A DNA stretch of 64,000 nt from an uncultured Candidatus Saccharibacteria bacterium (GTDB lineage Bacteria; Patescibacteriota; Minisyncoccia; Phycocordibacterales; JAKAEA01), in assembly GCA_964577595.1 (NCBI GenBank), contig CAZNZK010000001.1, positions 1,434 to 65,433 of the forward strand, in the 5' to 3' direction. Below the pieces are notes generated by a model that saw only the letters and a program-made list of their open reading frames with translations, searched no databases and was not told the DNA's origin. The position numbers were made by a program, and so were the translations under genes. This document shows positions 55,676 through 64,000 of the stretch, piece after piece (position 1 is the stretch's first letter; every line of letters starts with the position of its first letter).

Positions 55676-56749
55676 ATGCTTCACACAACTCGTTCCGCTC
55701 GTCGTATTCGTTCGTCCTCGGCCCGTCTCATGATGGAAGCTTTGGACAGTCGCGAACTCATGTCCGTGACCATGCCGACGGTAACGCCGGCCGCACCCGT
55801 CCAAGCCGCTCCGGCCCCCGTCGTCACGGTGACGACACTGGTGCCCTTGGTCAATGCCAATGTGCGGGTGGGCGTTGATAACAACGGCAACTTGCAGGTG
55901 GCGGCGTATGGCGCGTATAGCGTCACTACCGGTCAGCCGACCGCGCCAGCCAACATCGTGCTGTACATGTACCACGACAGCAGTCGCGGTGGTGCTGATG
56001 TCAGCATCTCCGCCGGCGGTATGAACGTCGTCCTGCCCGTTGCAAGTTACAGCGGCATTACGGTGACGGACACCACCGGTGGAACCATCAATTTCAGCGC
56101 TCCGGACACCCAGTTGTTGGCGGACTATGTGCCATTCGTCAATTTGACGTCCAATGGCTCCGTCTATCTCACTTCGGTTGTGCCGGTCAACGCCACGGGC
56201 AACTACGTCAATGAGGGTGACACGGGGTTCTTCAATCCCCGCGACAACCTCACCGGCCATACCGTTATCTCGGTGCCGGGTGGTGCCAATCTCTTTGCCG
56301 TAGGTACGGGTGCGACCCTGGTTTCTTCCGGGCCGATCAATTCCACCTTCTTTGGCGATAGTGGCGGCACTAGTGTTATCTGTGGTGGCAATGCCAATAA
56401 CATTGCCTATCTCGGTGCCGGCGACAGCGCCTCATTCGGGACTGGCAACAATACCGTCAACGTCAACTCCTACGGCACTACGTTTGACCCGAGTAACATT
56501 TATTTTGGCGGCGGAAGCAACCAAGTGAATGTGCGTGGCGACCTGAATGCCCTGGTAACGATTAACCAAAGTGGTGGTTCGGTATACGTACAGCAGTTCA
56601 CCTCCGTGCGCTATCTTGGCGTCATGGCCTACAGCGGCGGTACGGGCACGCTGGTTCGGGACAACTCCCTTATGGGTGATCCCAACTACAACTTGCTCAA
56701 CAGTGTTCTCTATTACGCCGACCTCAACACTGTTGGCGGCAAGGGCTAG
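55676..56749 (+). CDS. Secreted Gly/Asn/Thr-rich beta-strand-repeat protein with an N-terminal RLxxExLxxRxLxS motif
   Basis: The N-terminus reads RRIRSSSARLMMEALDSRELMSV. The body is repetitive and beta-rich. It has a strong promoter, an SD and a terminator. Confidence 0.7.
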   Translation: MLHTTRSARRIRSSSARLMMEALDSRELMSVTMPTVTPAAPVQAAPAPVVTVTTLVPLVNANVRVGVDNNGNLQVAAYGAYSVTTGQPTAPANIVLYMYHDSSRGGADVSISAGGMNVVLPVASYSGITVTDTTGGTINFSAPDTQLLADYVPFVNLTSNGSVYLTSVVPVNATGNYVNEGDTGFFNPRDNLTGHTVISVPGGANLFAVGTGATLVSSGPINSTFFGDSGGTSVICGGNANNIAYLGAGDSASFGTGNNTVNVNSYGTTFDPSNIYFGGGSNQVNVRGDLNALVTINQSGGSVYVQQFTSVRYLGVMAYSGGTGTLVRDNSLMGDPNYNLLNSVLYYADLNTVGGKG

Positions 56750-56782
56750 GATGTAGCGTCAGAAAAAAGAAGGTTGGTTCGT

Positions 56783-56818
56783 AGCCCCGGGCACATTCGT
56801 GTGTTCGGGGCTTTTTCT
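56783..56818. terminator. Bidirectional terminator between the convergent 55676 and 56841 genes
   Basis: The stem AGCCCCG/CGGGGCT has a 16-nt loop. It is flanked by an A-run and a T-run. Confidence 0.65.
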
Positions 56819-56840
56819 TGGATGAAAATTGCAATGTGTT

Positions 56841-57356
56841 TTATTGAAGCGTAAAGGTCAGCTGGTTGCTCACGCCATTGGCATTTTTTATGGTCAGCAT
56901 TTCAGAACCTGCCGGGAAAAGCACAGCCCATGTGGGACAAGCGGCAGTGGGGGCGCAATCGGCTCCGCCATATTTAGGTACAGTGAAGGAAATAGTGTGG
57001 CCATCAATAGAAGAAAGGTTGGAAACTGCACGAAAGACGCCGAAGTTTACATTGTTGCCTGTGGGGGTAAAGCCGGTGCCAGTGAGGGTAACGATGGCTC
57101 CTGTCGTGGTAGCCATAGGGAGAAGGTTGGTGATTTTGGGGGCAGACAGTACGACTGGGGCTGGTTTAGGGGTTATTGGTTTGGTTGGCGCGGCAGGTTG
57201 AGGAATGTTGCTGGATGGCAATGGTGTTGTGCTTGTAGCGTTAGTTTCCGGAGGAACGGTTTGAACTGGCGCAGGTGTTTTAAATACAAGAAAAAAGACG
57301 AGGGCGGCGGCTACTACTAAAATACCCAAAGCGAGAAGAAATTTTGATGTTTTCAT
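56841..57356 (-). CDS. Secreted protein with a Pro/Thr-rich linker and an IPT/TIG-like beta domain
   Basis: The signal peptide is MKTSKFLLALGILVVAAALVFF. TATACT lies 6 nt upstream of the ATG, the same leaderless geometry as fba. Confidence 0.65.
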   Translation of the reverse strand: MKTSKFLLALGILVVAAALVFFLVFKTPAPVQTVPPETNATSTTPLPSSNIPQPAAPTKPITPKPAPVVLSAPKITNLLPMATTTGAIVTLTGTGFTPTGNNVNFGVFRAVSNLSSIDGHTISFTVPKYGGADCAPTAACPTWAVLFPAGSEMLTIKNANGVSNQLTFTLQ

Positions 57357-57392
57357 GGCGGCAGTATACCACAATTTGCTATACTTTCTACA

Positions 57393-58691
57393 ATGAATTC
57401 GGCATTGCTATGGGGACGGGTGCTAATGGCCGACACGCTGGCTTTTCACATATTTTTTGCGCTTTTGGGTGTGGGTATTCCGCTCTTTGTGTGTGTTGCT
57501 GAGTTTATTGCTATGGTGCGTCGCGATGGGGATTTCTTGAAAATAGCCAAGCGTTGGTCATTTGCTATGGCGGTGCTTTTTGCCGTAGGGGCGATTTCTG
57601 GCACGGTGGTGGCTATTGAATTTTTTATGCTCTGGCCGGGCTTTACCGCTTTTGCCGGGCCGGCTATCGGCCTGCCGATGTTTCTTGAGGTTTTCGCGTT
57701 CTTTATTGAGGCGATCTTCTTGAGTATCTATTTATATACGTGGGAGAGGTGGGGAAGCGTCCACAGTTCGTGGCGGCATTGGTTGTGCTCCTTGCCCGTC
57801 GTGCTCGGCTCGCTCGCCTCGGCCTTTTTGATAACTACCGTGAATGCATTTATGAATGTGCCGAGCGGTATTACAACCGCAAAGGTCGGCGGCGTTTTGA
57901 AAATTGTGACGGTGAATCCATGGCAAGCGATGTTTGGGCCAGCTGTTTTTAGCGAAACCACACACTCTATTTTTGCCTACTATGCCACCACCGCTTTTAT
58001 TGCCGCGGCCATGTATGCCTGGATGATTGCGCGCCGGCAAAAAAAACAAGGTCAAACTCCCGAAACTGAAACGTATATGCGCAAAGGTCTGGCTTATTCT
58101 TTGATTGTCGCTTTTGTTTTTGCCCTCGTGGTTGGTTGGACAGGAGATCACTCGGCGCGATTTTTGGCTTCGCATGAGCCCCTCAAGTTGGCAACTATAG
58201 AACAAGTGTCCGCAACGGAGGCGAATGCCCCCTTGGTTTTCTTTGGCGTGCATGTGCCGGGTATGTTGAGTGTGATGGTTGGGGGCACGCGCGATACTGT
58301 TGTTCGCGGCTTGGCTAGTTTTGACCCGGCTCTTTGGCCGCCCGCATTCATTCATGTGCTTTTTGACCTTATGGCCGCAAGCGGATTTTTATTGTTGCTC
58401 GTGCCAATTCTCTATTTTATTGTGCCGAAATGGCGGTATTCCCGGGCCTTAGTTTTTCTTATTATCCTTTCTGCTTTGGCGGCAGTGTTTTCCGTTGAGG
58501 CTGGTTGGATTGTTACCGAGGTTGGCCGCCAGCCATTTGTGGTGGCAGGACTCATGAAAACCGCGGAGGCCTTCACGCCTTCGACTGGTGTGGTTGCTAT
58601 CGCGCTTATTTTTCCCGTGCTCTATATTGTCCTAGCTATTGCCGCTTTTTGGATTCTTATTCGCCATTACGCATATCATAAACCGCTCTAA
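57393..58691 (+). CDS. cydA: Cytochrome bd-type quinol oxidase subunit I
   Basis: It is a polytopic protein. The N-terminal pattern FHIFFALLGVGIPLF resembles CydA helix 1, and the length is typical of a short Q-loop. Confidence 0.75.
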   Translation: MNSALLWGRVLMADTLAFHIFFALLGVGIPLFVCVAEFIAMVRRDGDFLKIAKRWSFAMAVLFAVGAISGTVVAIEFFMLWPGFTAFAGPAIGLPMFLEVFAFFIEAIFLSIYLYTWERWGSVHSSWRHWLCSLPVVLGSLASAFLITTVNAFMNVPSGITTAKVGGVLKIVTVNPWQAMFGPAVFSETTHSIFAYYATTAFIAAAMYAWMIARRQKKQGQTPETETYMRKGLAYSLIVAFVFALVVGWTGDHSARFLASHEPLKLATIEQVSATEANAPLVFFGVHVPGMLSVMVGGTRDTVVRGLASFDPALWPPAFIHVLFDLMAASGFLLLLVPILYFIVPKWRYSRALVFLIILSALAAVFSVEAGWIVTEVGRQPFVVAGLMKTAEAFTPSTGVVAIALIFPVLYIVLAIAAFWILIRHYAYHKPL

Positions 58692-58694
58692 TTT

Positions 58695-59666
58695 ATGTAT
58701 TCACTTTTTACTGCCCACATACCATTTCTCGCCGTACTCATCGCGGGTTTTTTCCTGTGGTGCTACATAGTAGCCAGCTCGGTTGAGTTCGGTCTATCGC
58801 TCCTCATTCTATTTCCGCGGCTCGCTGGCGAGCGCTCGTTGCTGGTCATAACAATTTTGAATCCAATATGGGAAGTGAATAATGTCTTTTTGGTCGGCTT
58901 TTTTGTGTCGCTTTTCGCCTTTTTCCCTGGTTTTGTGCCGTGGCTTACAATCACACTTTTTACGCCGCTCTGCATTTTTGTAGCAGTGAGTGGTGCGCGC
59001 ATTTTGCTCGTGCTCGTATTCTTTTATAGCTCATGGGAATGGCTTAAAAAGTCGCTAGTAGTACGCTCCGCATTTGCTCTATGTTCTTTTGCTGGCCCAG
59101 TGTTATTGGCAGTGGGCGCCGTTGCTGTACTTACGGGCATTGCTCCAAGCCTCTGGCCCGCATCATTTTTCTGGCTGGTGGCAGCAGCGGTGTGTGTTGC
59201 CCTTTCGTCACTTGCCGCTTTTGCTGGGTTGTTTGGTCGGAAAACTTTTGGTGATGTGGCGGTTATTGCCTATGCCGCCAGCGCCATTTGGTTCTTTAAA
59301 ATGTTGCCGTTTTACATGCCGTGGGTTTCCATCACCCACCCACAGTTTCTTTCCAGTGCTTTTACCTGGACCTCACTACTGCTTGTTGCGGCCCTGGCTC
59401 TTGTTTTTGCCGGTCGCCTAGTGCGCCGGCCCGCAATTGCCTTTACTGGCTTAGCGGCCGTAGCCGGTATCCTAATCATCTTCGTAGCGGCCTTGCAGCA
59501 GCCTTATTTGGCATATCCATTTGTGTCAGCCGCCAGCGCTTTCACGGCTCTTGCTACGGCTAAAATTCTTTTCGGGGCTTTTGCGGGAGGTTCTGTGATT
59601 TTAATTCCCAGCATCCTCCTGCTCTACTGGCTTTTTGTGTTTAATAAAAAACCGGTTGTTTTATAA
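58695..59666 (+). CDS. cydB: Cytochrome bd-type quinol oxidase subunit II
   Basis: It lies 4 nt after cydA. It is a polytopic protein of 323 aa. Confidence 0.65.
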   Translation: MYSLFTAHIPFLAVLIAGFFLWCYIVASSVEFGLSLLILFPRLAGERSLLVITILNPIWEVNNVFLVGFFVSLFAFFPGFVPWLTITLFTPLCIFVAVSGARILLVLVFFYSSWEWLKKSLVVRSAFALCSFAGPVLLAVGAVAVLTGIAPSLWPASFFWLVAAAVCVALSSLAAFAGLFGRKTFGDVAVIAYAASAIWFFKMLPFYMPWVSITHPQFLSSAFTWTSLLLVAALALVFAGRLVRRPAIAFTGLAAVAGILIIFVAALQQPYLAYPFVSAASAFTALATAKILFGAFAGGSVILIPSILLLYWLFVFNKKPVVL

Positions 59667-60494
59667 AAGAATAAAGGCCACGAAACCGGCGACGATACAG
59701 TAAATAGCAAACGGCAAAAGATTGTTGCCGACTTTTTTGAAATAGCGCGTGAGGAATTTTGCGGAAAAGTAGCTGGCAACGGCGGCGGCAAGAGCGCCCA
59801 CAATGGCCGGCCCTACAAGCGGGCGATTGGCAGCTGAAGCCAAGCTCGGTAATTTTAAAAGGGCAGCTGCCAGAATAATCGGTCCGGAAAGCAAGAAAGA
59901 AAATTGCAGGGCGTTTTCGCGATCAAGTCCAGTGGTGAGGCCGCCGCTCATTGTCATGCCGGTGCGAGAAAAGCCGGGGATGAGAGCAAGGATTTGCGTA
60001 AGGCCAACCCAAAAAGCTTTGCCGAAAGAAAGGGTAGTGACAGTGTGTTTTACGCGGTGACGACGGCGGGCCCAGGATTCTACGAGTAAAAGGACAATAC
60101 CGTTGGCGATGAGGACAAGAGCAACGAGGCGCGGTGACACGAAAAGCGCCGCAAGCTTTTTCTGCAGGAGCAGGCCTAAAATGCCGGCAGGAATGGTGGC
60201 CACAACGAGTAGCCAGCCGAGGCGCTCTATCGGGGTTTCAATTTTAAAGCGGCTGAGTGAGCGCCAAAGACCGGCAATAATAGCCAACCACTCGCGACCG
60301 AAAAAACAAATGAGTACGAGGGCGGTAGCAAAATGTGTGGCCACAAGAAAAATTAGAACGCTTTCGGCGCTATTGGCGCTTGTCCAGCCCCCAAGGCCGG
60401 AAAGGATAATACTGTGGCCCAGGCTAGAAATAGGGAAGAGTTCAGTGACTCCTTGGACGAGGCCCAACCACAGTGCTTGCCCATAACCAATCAT
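59661..60494 (-). CDS. uppP: Undecaprenyl-diphosphatase (BacA/UppP)
   Basis: The sequence is GLVQGVTELFPISSLGHSII. Confidence 0.85.
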   Translation of the reverse strand: MIGYGQALWLGLVQGVTELFPISSLGHSIILSGLGGWTSANSAESVLIFLVATHFATALVLICFFGREWLAIIAGLWRSLSRFKIETPIERLGWLLVVATIPAGILGLLLQKKLAALFVSPRLVALVLIANGIVLLLVESWARRRHRVKHTVTTLSFGKAFWVGLTQILALIPGFSRTGMTMSGGLTTGLDRENALQFSFLLSGPIILAAALLKLPSLASAANRPLVGPAIVGALAAAVASYFSAKFLTRYFKKVGNNLLPFAIYCIVAGFVAFILL

Positions 60495-60540
60495 ATTGTG
60501 TACAATGATACCATATTCGTTAATTCTTTAGAAAATCTAT

Positions 60541-61350
60541 ATGGACACAACTCCCAAGCCGGAAATCGTTACGCCACCGATGGTGAAGGAAAAAGACCCG
60601 CATTTTTATCGTCTTACTTTGCCGCTCTATATAATAGCGGGAGCGGTTGTGTTGGCAGGGGTTATGGTGGCCGGCACATTCATCTACACTCAGCACGTAG
60701 CCATTGAGGCAGCTTACGCGGCGGCCAACCAGCAGGGCGTAGCTGCGGCAGGGACAAATGGTCAGCCAGCCAATAAGCCAGTAAATGTTTCGGCGGTAAA
60801 AACGGCCGGGGAGCCGTTTATTGGCAATGCTAATGCGCCAGTGACCATCGCCGAATGGAGTGACTATCAGTGCCCGTTCTGCAAACAGTTTGAAATGAGT
60901 GTTTTGCCCCAGCTTGTCGCCAATTATGTCACGGCAGGAAAAGTCAAAATCGTCTTTAAGGACTTTCAATTTCTCGGGCCGGATTCTTTGACCGCGGCTG
61001 AAGTAGGCCGCGCCGTATGGCAAGCCTACCCGGGCCAATTCTACGCCTGGCGCCAGGCAATGTATCAGAATCAGGCCTCTGAAAATCACGCAGCCGATCC
61101 GAATGGCTTAACTAACTACCTTGCTATTACCAAAACGGTTCCCGGCATTGATGCCACTAAAATCGCCCAGCTTATCGCCCAAAACAAGACGCAGTACGAT
61201 GCCGCCATCAATGCCGACCAGCAGGAGGGTGGCAGTTTCGGCGTAAATGGTACTCCTTCATTTGTCATCGGTAATGGCAACCCCATAGTTATTGGTGGTG
61301 GTTCACTCTCTCAATTCAGTTCACTTATTGACCCGGTTTTGAAGAAATAA
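60541..61350 (+). CDS. Membrane-anchored DsbA-family oxidoreductase (CPFC active site)
   Basis: There is an N-terminal TM helix. The active-site motif is WSDYQCPFCKQF. It is a paralog of the 33306 gene. Confidence 0.8.
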   Translation: MDTTPKPEIVTPPMVKEKDPHFYRLTLPLYIIAGAVVLAGVMVAGTFIYTQHVAIEAAYAAANQQGVAAAGTNGQPANKPVNVSAVKTAGEPFIGNANAPVTIAEWSDYQCPFCKQFEMSVLPQLVANYVTAGKVKIVFKDFQFLGPDSLTAAEVGRAVWQAYPGQFYAWRQAMYQNQASENHAADPNGLTNYLAITKTVPGIDATKIAQLIAQNKTQYDAAINADQQEGGSFGVNGTPSFVIGNGNPIVIGGGSLSQFSSLIDPVLKK

Positions 61351-61355
61351 AAGCT

Positions 61356-61892
61356 ATGGAGACGGCGATTTTTGGCGGCGGTTGTTTTTGGTGCACGGAA
61401 GCGGTGTTTCTTATGCTTCGTGGTGTGCAGGCCGTTGCTCCTGGTTATGCCGGTGGCACTACGGCTAATCCGACGTACGAACAGGTTTCAAGTGGCCGCA
61501 CCGGCCATGCGGAATGTATCAAAATTGACTACGATCCGAAACAAATCGCCTTCCATGATTTACTGACGGTGTTTTTTGCTTCGCATGACCCGACAACACC
61601 GAATCGTCAAGGGAACGATGTTGGTACGCAGTATCGTTCGGCAATTTTTTACACCACGCCCGGGCAAAAAGCGGAAGCGACGCAATTCATTGCTGAATTG
61701 TCACAGGTACCAGGCGGCAAGCCCATAGTCACTGAAATTGCTCCTCTCGCTGAATTTTGGCCAGCTGAGGATTACCACCAAAAATATTACGAAAGTCATA
61801 AGGACGCGCCCTATTGTCAGCTCGTTATTGACCCTAAGGTGGAAAAGGTTCAAGAACAATTTGCTGAATTATTAAAATCTCATGCAAAATAA
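61356..61892 (+). CDS. msrA: Peptide methionine sulfoxide reductase A
   Basis: The motif is GGGCFWC. Confidence 0.9.
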   Translation: METAIFGGGCFWCTEAVFLMLRGVQAVAPGYAGGTTANPTYEQVSSGRTGHAECIKIDYDPKQIAFHDLLTVFFASHDPTTPNRQGNDVGTQYRSAIFYTTPGQKAEATQFIAELSQVPGGKPIVTEIAPLAEFWPAEDYHQKYYESHKDAPYCQLVIDPKVEKVQEQFAELLKSHAK

Positions 61893-62271
61893 TATGTCCA
61901 AAGAAATGCCCAAAACCGAGGAAGGGTGGCGCAAAAAGTTGACGCCGGAGCAGTATAAAATCTTACGTGAAAAGGGGACTGAAGCGCCTTTTTCCGGCAA
62001 GCTCTCACAGGCAAAAGATGGTGTGTACCGATGCGCGGCCTGCGGCAACTCGCTTTTCGCCGCCGACGCCAAGTTTGATTCGGGCACCGGCTGGCCGAGT
62101 TTTGACCAAGCACTGCCTGGCGCCGTTAAACAACAACGCGACGGTACTCTCGGCATGGAACGCACGGAAATTTTGTGCGCGGTATGCGGCTCGCATCTCG
62201 GTCACGTTTTTGACGACGGTCCCACCAAAACCGGCAAGCGCTTCTGCCTCAATTCAGTTTGTTTGGAATAA
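61882..62271 (+). CDS. msrB: Peptide methionine sulfoxide reductase B
   Basis: The CxxC pairs are CAACGN and CAVCGSHLGHVFDDGP. It overlaps msrA by 11 nt. Confidence 0.9.
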   Translation: MQNNMSKEMPKTEEGWRKKLTPEQYKILREKGTEAPFSGKLSQAKDGVYRCAACGNSLFAADAKFDSGTGWPSFDQALPGAVKQQRDGTLGMERTEILCAVCGSHLGHVFDDGPTKTGKRFCLNSVCLE

Positions 62272-63943
62272 AACGATATAAAATCAAATTTTCGGTGCTT
62301 GTGCCGAGCGCCGTGAAAGCGCCGCAAGAGAATCCCGAAGCGTATGCGTACGCGATGCCGTATTGTGAGGCAATAGTCTCTTTCTGAGAGCAGTTTGCCT
62401 GCATAAAATTATTGTAAGAAAGAGTGTTCACGGTGATATAGGCGGCTTTTGACTGCAGGGGTATATTGCCAGTGGTAATACCGATAACTAGCCCTTTCCA
62501 TGGCGGGGCGATGAATCGCGCGCCGGTAATGTTGTGGAAGAGCGCGAGGTCGTCGGCAGTGAGAAAGCGGCTAATGGGGGCCGATGGTGTGAGGGCGTGC
62601 GTGGTGCCGCCGCTACCAATTGTTAGGACTAATTCCTGCCAGTTTTGTTGATTGGGATAGAAAAAGGCGGTGAAAGAGCAAGTAATAACGAGCAGGGCCG
62701 CCCAGAATTCTTCTCTAAACCAATGACGAAACGTGTTAATGAGAAAGTCGGCACCGGCACCGGCAACAACAGTCAACAGGATTGCCATAACACTCACCAG
62801 CCGGAAATACTCAATAATAAAAATCCATGGCGTTAGGCTGTAGTAAATCCAGTAAGCAATACCTACAGTCAGCACCGCCACAAAAGCCCAGCGTCGGCGC
62901 TGAAATAGGGGGTAGAAGCCGATAGTCGCGAGAGTTAGCACAAACATTGGCAGTATGTCCCACGGGTAGAGAGCGACACTGCCGCCATCACTACCACGGT
63001 ACAGAATGTCGGCGGTGATGGTTGTAATAAGGCCATGGCCGAGGCCTTTTACGAGGAGTAGGGTAATAATGCTTCCGGCTGCCAAGAGTATGACAACCCC
63101 GCTCACGCATACTATTTTCAAAAAATCTTTGTTAATGCCGGAACGTAGAGCTACCGCAATTAGTAAAGGAACGATAAACACAACAAGTTGCGGATAGAGT
63201 GCGAGTGCCAGAAAGGATGCCAAAAGCGTAAGAATTTTGTCGTTACGTGCCGCCGCAGCCAGAGCTATAAGCAATCCCCACGTGCCAACACTATAAGCCA
63301 AGAAGAACCAAGGGCCGGGCAAGTTTCCGCTATTCGTGATGAATGGCAAGCAAAGCACGGCAACCAGGGATCCGACGCGCCCCAGGCTGAGCGACCGGCA
63401 CAGTACATACAGAAGCGCGGCTGTTATGAGGCCGCCGATGATTGCCATAGTCGCAAAGTCGTTAACGGGCGAAAGGCCAAAAAGTAAGAAAAAATCGGCG
63501 GTCAGCGCGTGGAAAGGTAGAACTAAATCGGGGAATGGTTTGCCATTCAACGGGTTAACCGCCGGCAAAACGTGTTGGTTGATGGAGAACTGAGCCATAC
63601 CCGCGGTGATCCATTCATCGGAATAAAATGGGTAGGGATAGCCATTGGACGCCACTATTTGTGTGCCATATTGCGTCGCTACGGGGCCGCTATAGTGGTA
63701 ATGCACCACGTAGAATTCGGCCCAAACGATAGTGAAGGCGATAACAACAAACAGCGAAGCGGTGAGTGTGGTCCTAGAGAAACGAATCCGCGTCCATAAG
63801 CGTTGTCGCCAGAAGGTCGTCAGGGCGATAACAGCGCCAACAAAATAAAAGGCCAGTACATTCCAATAGTTAAAAATTCCTGCCGTTTGTGTCACCAGGG
63901 CAACGAGAATAGAAAAACCAAGTATACCCGCGGCCATCCACAA
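62249..63943 (-). CDS. Large polytopic membrane protein, possibly a GT-C-fold glycosyltransferase/oligosaccharyl-transferase-like enzyme (function uncertain)
   Basis: It is 564 aa with 10 or more predicted TM helices. I recognise no catalytic motif with confidence. Confidence 0.55.
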   Translation of the reverse strand: MWMAAGILGFSILVALVTQTAGIFNYWNVLAFYFVGAVIALTTFWRQRLWTRIRFSRTTLTASLFVVIAFTIVWAEFYVVHYHYSGPVATQYGTQIVASNGYPYPFYSDEWITAGMAQFSINQHVLPAVNPLNGKPFPDLVLPFHALTADFFLLFGLSPVNDFATMAIIGGLITAALLYVLCRSLSLGRVGSLVAVLCLPFITNSGNLPGPWFFLAYSVGTWGLLIALAAAARNDKILTLLASFLALALYPQLVVFIVPLLIAVALRSGINKDFLKIVCVSGVVILLAAGSIITLLLVKGLGHGLITTITADILYRGSDGGSVALYPWDILPMFVLTLATIGFYPLFQRRRWAFVAVLTVGIAYWIYYSLTPWIFIIEYFRLVSVMAILLTVVAGAGADFLINTFRHWFREEFWAALLVITCSFTAFFYPNQQNWQELVLTIGSGGTTHALTPSAPISRFLTADDLALFHNITGARFIAPPWKGLVIGITTGNIPLQSKAAYITVNTLSYNNFMQANCSQKETIASQYGIAYAYASGFSCGAFTALGTSTENLILYRFIPNKLN

Positions 63944-64000
63944 TGCTCCGCGCCGCCAATCGGCAAAAGCGGGAATAAGGCAAAAAGGGACACAGAGTAG

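Overview
The window has about 55% GC and is densely packed with genes. It looks like an uncultured small-genome bacterium, possibly Patescibacteria/CPR-like, though that placement is a low-confidence inference. It uses the standard genetic code, because TGA terminates the gene ending at 8999. Shine-Dalgarno sequences are almost absent, and many genes carry a -10 box only 4 to 15 nt upstream of the ATG. The conserved backbone comprises the following groups of genes. Translation and central metabolism: a split transketolase C-terminal subunit (partial at the 5' end), a PfkB sugar kinase, a cold-shock protein, class II fructose-bisphosphate aldolase, ribosomal proteins L25, L31 and S2, release factor RF1, EF-Ts, and tRNA-Thr(UGU). 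Transcription and replication: rpoB-rpoC, the dnaG-rpoD pair, and a UvrD-type helicase fused to an Fe-S RecB/Cas4-like nuclease. Other housekeeping genes: BipA and Kup. A redox and envelope cluster: cydAB-uppP-dsbA-msrA-msrB. The accessory content falls into three groups. The first is a low-GC island at about 801-3176 carrying a beta-class DNA methyltransferase, a putative restriction endonuclease and an orphan 184-aa gene that overlaps a DUF2188 gene. The second is a dispersed palindromic repeat family (core GGGTCAGGCACCGGTTAAT). Its two full 40-nt copies sit in inverted orientation immediately flanking a DEDD exonuclease CDS. The third is a surface-protein super-locus of about 16 kb at 34833-50533. 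It starts with a four-gene secreted/anchored protein cluster (34833-38500). A membrane-anchored HTH gene follows, preceded by a perfect 22-bp palindromic operator. Next is a 2508-aa tail-fibre-like giant protein with a C-terminal S74-type autoproteolytic chaperone domain and a Thr-rich tail. The locus ends with a Gly-rich secreted protein, a small TM protein and a triple-LamG lectin-like protein, all translationally coupled. Concanavalin-A-like/LamG domains recur in three large secreted proteins (20587, 31395, 48323). I saw no CRISPR array, rRNA, integrase or transposase.
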